Of a stretch of 45,508 nt of DNA, positions 30,120-36,948 are shown in pieces. Source of the stretch: a virus; IMG/VR virus record IMGVR_UViG_3300031565_000079, positions 1 through 45,508 of that record. One strand, given 5' to 3'. Each line of letters opens with the position of its first letter. The first letter of the stretch is position 1. The notes under the pieces were generated by a model, which was given only the letters and a program-made list of their open reading frames with translations, was not told the origin of the DNA and searched no databases. The position numbers and the translations under genes were made by a program.

Positions 30120-31934
30120 TTATACTGCCCTACCTATCATTGATTGATTTTTAGGCGGGCTTGGTTTTCCTTTTGCTTGTTGTCGTGCTGGTTGCTGTTC
30201 TTCTTGAGCAACCCTTTGAGCCTCTTCTCTGATTCGTTGAACGATTTCTTCTTTATTCGGAATATCCGAATTTTCAATAATCACATCTATGGGGATGGGG
30301 AGTCCACTTTGGGCTAAATTCATCAGCACTTCCAGATTAGCCATCCGAATTGTCGGCATATTTGGCATTTGCTCGACCTTAAATCCGTAATGACCAACTG
30401 CCCATGATTTCATTGCTTTATAAAGTTGTGCAATATCAATTTTTTGTTTTTCTTCCTGCATTATTTGGGCGACTTCGGCTGGTGAATAGACATTAGAATG
30501 TCTAATCATTTCAATTAATGTCTCTCCAAAAATCCTTTGAGAAACCCTAAAATTATCGTAAACTGGTTCAGAGATGGTTGCCCCTGCCTTTTGTCTTCGT
30601 AGAATAGCAATTCCCGAATCAGTCCTTTTGTCTCCTTGACCCATGATGTCAGGATTAAGACCTGAAATCTTTTTAATGTTCGATTCTTCATCTTGTTTCA
30701 GAATGAAGAGTCCTTGAGGAAAGTCATTTGGTTTGATTTTCTCTGGTGGTATATTCGAGTAGGTAATCATAACCCCAGGCTTTGAACCTTCCTCTTTTAT
30801 AAGTTCTATAGCATTTTTTTCTTTCTCATTAACAACCCAGCCTGTATTGGCTGTATGATTGATAATATGAAGCATTTGGGAAGTTCTTTTGTTAATTTCT
30901 CTTTGCGGATCTTTAAGACCCTCAACCACTCCGAAGACCACTCCATCAAACCAATAAGGAGAAAATCTTTGTAAAGGGAATAAAGTCATTCCATGATAAG
31001 GATCTTCGATATCTTCTAAAATCATGTCCCCTAACATAGTAGTTACATGTAAGACCTCGATTATATGTTCCTTAACGGAAAGTCTTGGTCGTCTTCCCTC
31101 ACTCTCAGCTAATCTTCGTTCTTTTTCTAAGACTACTTTTACTACTTCCTTTTGAGAATCATGGACAGGACTAAAACTCATACTAGCTCCATTGATTAGG
31201 TATAATTGTTTTTTATAACTCTTCCACCAAACCTCTTTAATACGATAACTATATTGCGAAGGATCTCTGTCTTCCTTATCTGATTTTTTAACGAGTTTAC
31301 CGGTGCGATCCGTCATGTCTTCATCCTGGGGATCACCTGTATATGCTTCTATCTCTGCCTCGTGTTTACTCCAGAGAAGCTTAATATGTTCCTTGTCTCC
31401 CCAGTAACATTCCCAAATATATTTTGCAGATTCATTTAAGTCATATCTATTGGTATTTGGATCTTCATAAACATCAAAAGGAGATATTCTTGACATAACA
31501 AGGTCTCCGTTTATTTTGTCTTTTTTAAAACTGATGTCAGTTTTTACCCAACCTTTTCCCGATATGATGCCATCTACAAACTGCATAGATTGTTCGATTT
31601 CACCATGACATATATCTACAGAATGTTTGGCTAAAGAGGTAAAGGCATCTGCAATAATCCTCATTCCACCTTTTCTCGGAAAGGCTTTTACATCAGCTCT
31701 ATTCTGTCTTTCCATTCCAGATAAAAGATTGATGATGGGTAGAACGTGATTAATTGTGAGACAAGGTTTTTCCTCTTCTTCTAGTAAAGCCCTATCTTGT
31801 GCAGTCCACTGGTCATTACATACAAATTCATAGTTCTCAATAGCCTCTCTTCGCCAGATTCGATGTCCCTTTTTCGCTTCTTTCCAGAATTCGGCTAACT
31901 TAGCTTCCTGATTTGTCTTATTTTCTTTGTCCAT
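30120..31934 (-). CDS. Portal protein
   Basis: Track ORF of 604 aa. Size and position fit (after terL, before scaffold and capsid). It has the N-terminal segment NYEFVCNDQWTAQDRALLEEEEKPCLTINHVLPIINLLSGMERQNR and an acidic/basic C-terminal tail. Confidence 0.75.
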   Translation of the reverse strand: MDKENKTNQEAKLAEFWKEAKKGHRIWRREAIENYEFVCNDQWTAQDRALLEEEEKPCLTINHVLPIINLLSGMERQNRADVKAFPRKGGMRIIADAFTSLAKHSVDICHGEIEQSMQFVDGIISGKGWVKTDISFKKDKINGDLVMSRISPFDVYEDPNTNRYDLNESAKYIWECYWGDKEHIKLLWSKHEAEIEAYTGDPQDEDMTDRTGKLVKKSDKEDRDPSQYSYRIKEVWWKSYKKQLYLINGASMSFSPVHDSQKEVVKVVLEKERRLAESEGRRPRLSVKEHIIEVLHVTTMLGDMILEDIEDPYHGMTLFPLQRFSPYWFDGVVFGVVEGLKDPQREINKRTSQMLHIINHTANTGWVVNEKEKNAIELIKEEGSKPGVMITYSNIPPEKIKPNDFPQGLFILKQDEESNIKKISGLNPDIMGQGDKRTDSGIAILRRQKAGATISEPVYDNFRVSQRIFGETLIEMIRHSNVYSPAEVAQIMQEEKQKIDIAQLYKAMKSWAVGHYGFKVEQMPNMPTIRMANLEVLMNLAQSGLPIPIDVIIENSDIPNKEEIVQRIREEAQRVAQEEQQPARQQAKGKPSPPKNQSMIGRAV

Positions 31935-31943
31935 TTTTCCTCC

Positions 31944-31981
31944 AAATAAAAAAAGCCCTGATAACTTTCGTTACCAGAGCT
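31944..31981 (-). terminator. Strong Rho-independent terminator abutting the portal RBS
   Basis: The minus strand reads AGCTCTGGTAAC-GAAA-GTTATCAGGGCT followed by TTTTTTATTT and then GGAGGaaaaATG. The 12-bp stem has two G-U pairs that exist only on the minus strand, and the loop is a GNRA tetraloop. Confidence 0.85.
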
Positions 31982-32330
31982 TCTAAAGAGTAGTCCCATA
32001 TGGGCTTCTTTCGAGCAGTCTCTATTAATTATTTATTCTTTTTGTGATAATCTAACCCGCCCAAAGCTATCACCAGCATCTCAGCCAAATTTTACGTCTT
32101 TCGACAACTGAGGCTTCCACCTTTGGGGATATAGACCCTAAACTCTTACTGGCTTACATCCAGCTTACTGCACCGATGGAACAGGAGTTTGAATAGGACT
32201 TACCTATACCCCTTGAATAAAGGGTTTGCCTAGGACTTAAACAGCACCCTCGGACTGTCAGGGTTACTATACACTTGGTATAGCACCCGTTATCACCACC
32301 TTGCCTACATTCGTAGTTGGAGTGGTTCTT
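31982..32330 (-). ncRNA. Unclassified structured non-coding RNA candidate (about 350 nt) between the terL-linked small ORFs and the portal gene
   Basis: No ORF of 60 codons or more on any frame. The region is visibly more GC-rich than its surroundings. Many local helices are present (CTATAC/GTATAG, CCCTT/AAGGG, GTC-GAAA-GAC, GTGATA/TATCAC, GCTGG/CCAGT with G-U). It ends at the terminator above. Confidence 0.5.
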
Positions 32331-32537
32331 TTAAATACTTTTATAACTATCTTTAAGTATAATTATTTGTTCATAAAGAAAATCTATAGGCATACCACTC
32401 ATATAACATTTTTTAATCAATTCTATTACTTGAGAAAAAATATTATCTGCAATATCATTTTTCAACTCTTCAATGAATATTGTTCTTTTATTTGCATTAC
32501 GAAGAGCTAATCCTACACCTGTAATATTTTCTTTCAT
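32331..32537 (-). CDS. Hypothetical protein (68 aa)
   Basis: Track ORF with RBS taagggggaagatATG. It is very AT-rich. Confidence 0.55.
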   Translation of the reverse strand: MKENITGVGLALRNANKRTIFIEELKNDIADNIFSQVIELIKKCYMSGMPIDFLYEQIIILKDSYKSI

Positions 32538-32547
32538 ATCTTCCCCC

Positions 32548-32754
32548 TTATTTATATATTACTATTTCTATTTTCTTAAAGCCAGTTAGACCACCAAGAC
32601 AAAAGTCCATTGTTATATTCCCAGTAAAGTCAGGACTTTCCTCGAATATATGCCTTAATTGATTATTTATTTTTTCTAAAGTTTTGTCAATTTTAGTCAA
32701 CAATACGCCTCCTATATTATACAGAGAATAAATTTGGTCGTCAAGGTAACTCAT
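32548..32754 (-). CDS. Hypothetical protein (68 aa), translationally coupled to terL
   Basis: Track ORF whose ATG overlaps the terL stop codon (ATGA). Confidence 0.55.
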   Translation of the reverse strand: MSYLDDQIYSLYNIGGVLLTKIDKTLEKINNQLRHIFEESPDFTGNITMDFCLGGLTGFKKIEIVIYK

Positions 32755-34164
32755 GCAGTCATATAACTACGCCTTTTTGTTTTCCGTCCAAAAGTATGAA
32801 TAGTTACGTGTTCCTCGGTTGCGAATTGCAAGCTCCAAAGCCCCATGATATACGCATCTCCATGGTCTGGGGATTTCCCTAAATTCTTTGGTAATTTCAT
32901 TTCGGCTTTAGGTTGGATGATTAATTGGTCTCCGTTAAATTTATATTTATAAGCATTGAGTTCCCTCTCAAGGTCTTCATCCACAAAAGTTAATTCTATT
33001 TCACTATTTCCAAACATTTCCCCAGCAAGCCATGTAGCTTCTGCTCGCCTGTTGTAGAAGCATTCGGGAACACCCGATTTCTGTCTTTCAGCACCATTAA
33101 ACTCTATGATATTACATTTCCAATTCCACTTTTGAGAATGCTGTCGCAGGATAGAAGCCACACCAGCACCACAACCTATAACATCAACCACAATCACAGA
33201 AGGTAAAAATGAAAAAGCCATTGTTTCAGCTTCTTCGGCAATATGAACTTCGTCTTGATGACCGAAAATCTTGGCTTTCATTATATCGGTATTCTTCATA
33301 GCATAGATGACAGTCTCATCATCACCGAAGCGTGCAGGGTCAATAGTTATGACTTTTCTTACAGGTTTGTGAAACTTCATCTCGTAAGCTCTTTTAATCC
33401 AAGAAAGTTGAATAACCAAGTCAGCCCCAGCCATAACATCCCAACATCCGTCTCTATAAGCCTTTAGTAAGACCGGTCTGTTTCTTAAAACATATTCCAT
33501 TCTTGGTACATAATCTTCTGGTAAGTAATTATTATCCGATGGTAAAGCAGGTAAATAGACTCTCCCATTTTTATTCTTGTTATTAACAAACGCTTCTTTT
33601 AAATAGCAATCTCTCGGATTAGCGGAATAAACATATTTATAAGGGAGGGCTTCTCCGTTGATAGTCAATCTACAAGCAAGTTTAAGTTCAACTAATTTAT
33701 CTTCTTCTATCTCTTCCGCTTGATCAAGACAAAAGAATGCTATTTCAAAAGAATTAAATTTCTGTACTACTTTCTTATTATCGAGTCCCCCGTAGTGGAT
33801 TTTGAGGCGTTTATTTACAATGATTTCCTTATTTTTGGCATTTATAGTATAAACACTTTCAGGAATGAATCTTTTCCATGATTCTAAAGTGGTATCATCG
33901 AAGTCAACGCCCTGAAGCCTCCCAAGAAACCCGATAGGTATTGGGTTTCTTAAGGGTGGAATATTGAATCTTTTTATAATCATATCGCAGTAAAGCCAAG
34001 CATATCTGCATAAGAGTACGCTTTTGTCAACCTCCCCCCTTGGCTCCACCGTATAAAAGTTCTTTGGTATATGTCTGATTCAATAACCAAAGAGCAAGTA
34101 ATTGTTTATCAGTCCATTCGATTCGATACTTCTGTTGTACAAAATCAAAGCTATTTGGATTCAT
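32751..34164 (-). CDS. terL: Terminase large subunit, encoded in two overlapping frames (N-terminal 45 codons at 34027-34164, remainder at 32751-34049); needs a +1 shift or contains a 1-nt indel
   Basis: Frame A, translated by hand, gives [45 protein letters not shown] followed by TGA, which is the start of a Walker A motif. Frame B (track ORF) continues ...[11 protein letters not shown] and contains Walker [11 protein letters not shown] and a C-terminal nuclease-like region. The frame A ATG overlaps the HNH stop codon (ATGA). Confidence 0.8.
34027..34041 (-). other. Candidate +1 recoding site AAG GGG GGA GGU UGA C (or a G6 homopolymer indel)
   Basis: The C6 run at 34034-34039 and the TGA at 34027-34029 were read base by base. 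Frame B is +1 relative to frame A. Confidence 0.6.
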
Positions 34165-34670
34165 AAGAGGGGATAATCACCACCTTTCCTTATTTTTTCT
34201 ATAAATTCTCTTGATATCTTTCCAGCAATATCCTTATGTTCTTTCAACCATAAGTCAATTAAATATTTCTCCAAACAACAATGTTCAGATTGTGTTATAA
34301 GTAACAAATTTTCTATCCTATTATCGGTTTTAATACCATTGATATGGTGAACAACCTCTTTAGAATCTAATTCTCTACCTAAATACTTTTCCATCACTGC
34401 ACGATGTTCCAGTATGGTTTTGTTAGCAGATTTCCAAAGCAACATATACCCATCAATAGTCTTTCTTCTTCCGCCTTTCCAACTGGGATTTTGATTTCCA
34501 GGAAATCTCCATATTAAGTTTATACTACTGTCTCTACGAGGAATATTGAATTTTATCATCCATCTCCATATAGTTTTAAGATGCACTCCACACAATTTAG
34601 CAATTTGGACTAAACCCAATTTTTCGTTCCAATATTTGTTATACAACCATTCCCTGTTTTGATAATTCAT
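34161..34670 (-). CDS. HNH homing-type endonuclease with an N-terminal HTH, immediately upstream of terL
   Basis: Track ORF of 169 aa containing WKGGRRK...[40 protein letters not shown]. It is a paralog of ORF 3912-4280. Confidence 0.8.
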   Translation of the reverse strand: MNYQNREWLYNKYWNEKLGLVQIAKLCGVHLKTIWRWMIKFNIPRRDSSINLIWRFPGNQNPSWKGGRRKTIDGYMLLWKSANKTILEHRAVMEKYLGRELDSKEVVHHINGIKTDNRIENLLLITQSEHCCLEKYLIDLWLKEHKDIAGKISREFIEKIRKGGDYPLL

Positions 34671-34946
34671 TTAACCATCAATCAGTTCTGGAAAATATTC
34701 CCGTTTAATATCTTTTAAACTTACCATTTCCCATTCTATTGCACCATTTATTTCTTCTAATTCTCCCCACATTTCTTCATACTTTTTGCCACGTTCTAAA
34801 AATTCGATAACTTTGCGGTAGAAATCTACTTCGGAATCCATTAGTCTAAAAAGTTGTCTATCTTTTATTAATCTTTTAAATACTTTAATTATTTCTTCTA
34901 TATCCATTTTTTCAACATATTCTTTTGCTTCTTTTGTATCCATCAT
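34671..34946 (-). CDS. Hypothetical protein, member D of the GEKY...W...YFP paralog family
   Basis: Track ORF of 91 aa containing ERGKKYEEMWGELEE...IKREYFPE. Confidence 0.65.
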   Translation of the reverse strand: MMDTKEAKEYVEKMDIEEIIKVFKRLIKDRQLFRLMDSEVDFYRKVIEFLERGKKYEEMWGELEEINGAIEWEMVSLKDIKREYFPELIDG

Positions 34947-35182
34947 TTAACCACCTTTATTAATTTCTTTTCAGGAACTTCAGGAACTATTGATAATCTC
35001 AACTTTATATCGTATGTCTTTGCTTCTAAGTTCAGTGTTTTGTAATCATTATGACTTAACATTCCTAACATGAGTCCTTTTACATATTTGCGGAAAGTAA
35101 CATTCCTGTCTTGATAGGTTTCTTCGGTTACGTCTAATTTGCTGTTACCTTCAAAGACTTTCCCCGTGCCTACTCCGTTCAT
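34943..35182 (-). CDS. Hypothetical protein (79 aa)
   Basis: Track ORF with RBS aaaaggaggtaaatATG and an ATGA overlap downstream. Confidence 0.6.
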   Translation of the reverse strand: MNGVGTGKVFEGNSKLDVTEETYQDRNVTFRKYVKGLMLGMLSHNDYKTLNLEAKTYDIKLRLSIVPEVPEKKLIKVVK

Positions 35183-35226
35183 ATTTACCTCCTTTTATTT
35201 CGTTATAGTATCGAAAATTGGTATAA

Positions 35227-35254
35227 AACGATACCTTTTCGTTACTGTATCGTT
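35227..35254 (-). terminator. Hairpin AACGATAC-N12-GTATCGTT (weak terminator or regulatory hairpin) within a cluster of TATCG/CGTTAC repeats
   Basis: Perfect 8-bp stem followed on the minus strand by ttataccaatttt. A second imperfect hairpin lies at about 35258-35290. Confidence 0.3.
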
Positions 35255-35296
35255 ACTATCACTTATTGCAGTTTTGAGTAATAGTGATTAACGTTA

Positions 35297-35557
35297 TTAC
35301 TGTTTACAGCACAATCCTGCAACTATTTCCTCGTAAATCTCTTTTGCTTTTTTTCTCAATAATTTTTTATCTAACATTTCTCTCATAGTTATCTTTGTAT
35401 TATCCCTATATACTCCACAATCACAAGCAGGGCATACGACTGTCCCACCCACAGATGCACTCTCTACAGGAAGCCCACACCAAATACAAGGTGCATTTTC
35501 ATCATATTCTACTTTTAAATCTTTACCGTCTAATGTTTTATAAATCGCTGTTTTCAT
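35297..35557 (-). CDS. Zinc-ribbon protein (86 aa)
   Basis: Track ORF with RBS acggaggaatatattATG and cysteine pairs CIWCG...CPACDC. Confidence 0.6.
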   Translation of the reverse strand: MKTAIYKTLDGKDLKVEYDENAPCIWCGLPVESASVGGTVVCPACDCGVYRDNTKITMREMLDKKLLRKKAKEIYEEIVAGLCCKQ

Positions 35558-35805
35558 AATATATTCCTCCGTATAATACTTTACCTGACACTTACCGATA
35601 TTTGCTAAAATGTCTACTAAACATTTTATTACCTCTTGTCCTTATAATCATTGGTTATAAGTGTTTACATTTATATTTTTCTGTATACCTACTCCTCCGC
35701 ACTTATTTGTAAGTGTAAAGGTTATTTACAAAGTAACTTCCACTGTTATTATTTACAGTAATTCGCTTTGAAGTGGAATAAGATGTTCACAAGACAATGA
35801 ACATT

Positions 35806-35833
35806 AGTATAGAAGTGAACAATAACACGTCAA
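35806..35833 (-). promoter_or_regulatory. Sigma70-type promoter TTGACG-N16-TATACT with three TGTTCA/TGAACA operator-like repeats
   Basis: The minus strand reads cttgacgtgttattgttcacttctatactaatgttcattgtcttgtgaacatc. It lies inside a 400-nt ORF-free region. Confidence 0.5.
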
Positions 35834-35964
35834 GTTTGTGTATTTGCCGTGTGTTTGTAAACTATGGTTAGCAAAATGTGTAATAATATGCCGAGTTAGG
35901 TTTGCAATATGTGATGGAAAGTTGCTACATTGGGAATGCAATATTATTCACTACATTAATAATT

Positions 35965-36039
35965 TGGCGAGTCGAGTAGGATTTGAACCCACACTTTTAG
36001 TTCTGGAGACTAATGTGCTACCATTGACACTATCGACTC
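35965..36039 (-). tRNA. trnW: tRNA-Trp (anticodon CCA), with the 3' CCA encoded
   Basis: Hand-folded cloverleaf: acceptor GAGTCGA/TCGACTC, D arm GTGT-CAATGGTA-GCAC, anticodon arm TTAGT-CTCCAGA-ACTAA, T arm GTGGG-TTCAAAT-CCTAC, discriminator G, then CCA. Confidence 0.9.
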
Positions 36040-36192
36040 AGGTGGATTGCTCAAACCCCACGGCAACCCCGTAGTAACCCGTTACCACGTATTATGGCTT
36101 TATTACTACTTCCCGTCTTCGGCGGGCAAAGGTCGACTTTCACCGACAAGAGGTAGTTGCTTGACTAGTATGACTACCACGATGCCCATATT
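36040..36192 (-). ncRNA. Structured, GC-rich 153-nt RNA segment between the two tRNA-type elements (class unknown)
   Basis: Minus-strand helices include GGGCA/TGCCC enclosing GGTAGT/ACTACC and GTCGGT-GAAA-GTCGAC (GNRA loop, two G-U pairs), plus CCCG/CGGG, GTAGTAA/TTACTAC and ACGG/CCGT. No credible ORF is present. Confidence 0.4.
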
Positions 36193-36273
36193 TGGTGGAG
36201 GCGTCGGATATCGAACTCCGAGTGTTAAGCGTACACGAATTCACGGCTTTGCTTAATCGAACCTTACGCCCCC
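36193..36273 (-). ncRNA. 81-nt element resembling the tmRNA tRNA-like domain (acceptor stem with G3:U70, T arm, encoded ACCA) but lacking an anticodon arm and a tag ORF
   Basis: The RNA reads GGGGGCG UAAGGUUCGA UUAAGC-(20 nt)-GCUUAA CAC UCGGA-GUUCGAUA-UCCGA CGCCUCC ACCA. I could not fold a canonical D or anticodon arm by hand. Confidence 0.5.
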
Positions 36274-36512
36274 TAATCTTTTTTAGGGAAGTATTTTTGC
36301 TCATACCTATTTTTGATATAATTTACTACCTTTACCAAATCCCCTTCATTTACATAGAAATCCTTCCACATTGCCTTATACTTTTCGTTTTCTTTGCCTT
36401 CTTCGAGTGATTTAATAATCTCGTTTATTGGGTAAGTCACAAGGGTTCTCTCGCCACCCTCAAGATATCCTTTTACTTGATAAAGATAACTTATTAAATG
36501 TTCAATTATCAT
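36273..36512 (-). CDS. Hypothetical protein, member E of the GEKY...W...KYFP paralog family
   Basis: Track ORF of 79 aa containing EEGKENEKYKAMWKDF...YEQKYFPKKD, with RBS aaggaggaaattgaATG. Confidence 0.65.
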   Translation of the reverse strand: MIIEHLISYLYQVKGYLEGGERTLVTYPINEIIKSLEEGKENEKYKAMWKDFYVNEGDLVKVVNYIKNRYEQKYFPKKD

Positions 36513-36537
36513 TCAATTTCCTCCTTAAATTAAAATA

Positions 36538-36705
36538 TCAATCTACTACTATAGTCTTCCCCTTCGTTCTGACACATACTCGATGGACTTGTCTTTTTCT
36601 GTAACACTTTTTACACATTTCAATTACCTTATCCTCATATATGAAGTAACGAGGGGGAGGATCTATTGGTTTTCCACATTTAGAACATGTTTCGCAGATA
36701 AACAT
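36538..36705 (-). CDS. Zinc-ribbon mini-protein (55 aa)
   Basis: Hand translation gives MFICETCSKCGKPIDPPPRYFIYEDKVIEMCKKCYRKRQVHRVCVRTKGKTIVVD, with RBS taggaggaaataATG. The first codons overlap an imperfect copy of the 15-nt motif. Confidence 0.5.
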   Translation of the reverse strand: MFICETCSKCGKPIDPPPRYFIYEDKVIEMCKKCYRKRQVHRVCVRTKGKTIVVD

Positions 36706-36714
36706 TATTTCCTC

Positions 36715-36948
36715 CTAAAAATCAAATATATCTAATGGTTCACGATTGAGAAGTTTCGTGAATCCCCTATAAGTACGAAGATATTCCAAGGCATCTTTAA
36801 AATTCTTTTCTTTAAAAGCCTTAACGATACACTTTTCAGTATTTTTTCTTGCTTCTTTTAAAATATCGTTTATAGGGTCAGGTAAAAGCATACCTTCTGT
36901 AGATATACCTGCTATATTCTTAATTTCTTTATCTATATCTATCTTCAT
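36715..36948 (-). CDS. Hypothetical protein (77 aa)
   Basis: Track ORF with an ATGA overlap with the upstream gene. Confidence 0.55.
   Translation of the reverse strand: MKIDIDKEIKNIAGISTEGMLLPDPINDILKEARKNTEKCIVKAFKEKNFKDALEYLRTYRGFTKLLNREPLDIFDF

Noticed and set aside
32100-32140. T-box-like sequence AAAGGUGGAAGCC in the structured RNA upstream of the portal gene.
   Set aside because: It matches the T-box consensus only partially. It lies about 150 nt from the terminator, so it cannot form the required antiterminator. No specifier-loop architecture is evident.
32215-32260. GGCAAACC plus a hairpin reminiscent of the 5' part of c-di-GMP-I (GEMM-I) riboswitches.
   Set aside because: The second conserved half (ACGCAAAGCC and its helix) is absent. 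The similarity is limited to one short word.
31986-32330. Group I intron or other self-splicing element between terL and the portal gene.
   Set aside because: The flanking genes are complete, with their own stops, starts and RBSs. I could not find the conserved P, Q, R and S core elements on the sense strand. The GATATAGAC word resembling element S is on the antisense strand.
34027-34029. Reading the in-frame UGA of terL as a sense codon (UGA as Trp or Gly, genetic code 4 or 25).
   Set aside because: Continuing in frame A gives a short, unrelated peptide that soon hits another UGA. The +1 frame carries the rest of a normal TerL. All other long genes are intact under the standard code.
35838-36410. 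Plus-strand track ORFs 35838-36074, 36047-36256 and 36192-36410.
   Set aside because: They run antisense through the tRNA-Trp, the structured spacer and the tmRNA-like element. They exist only because this RNA island lacks stops on the opposite strand.
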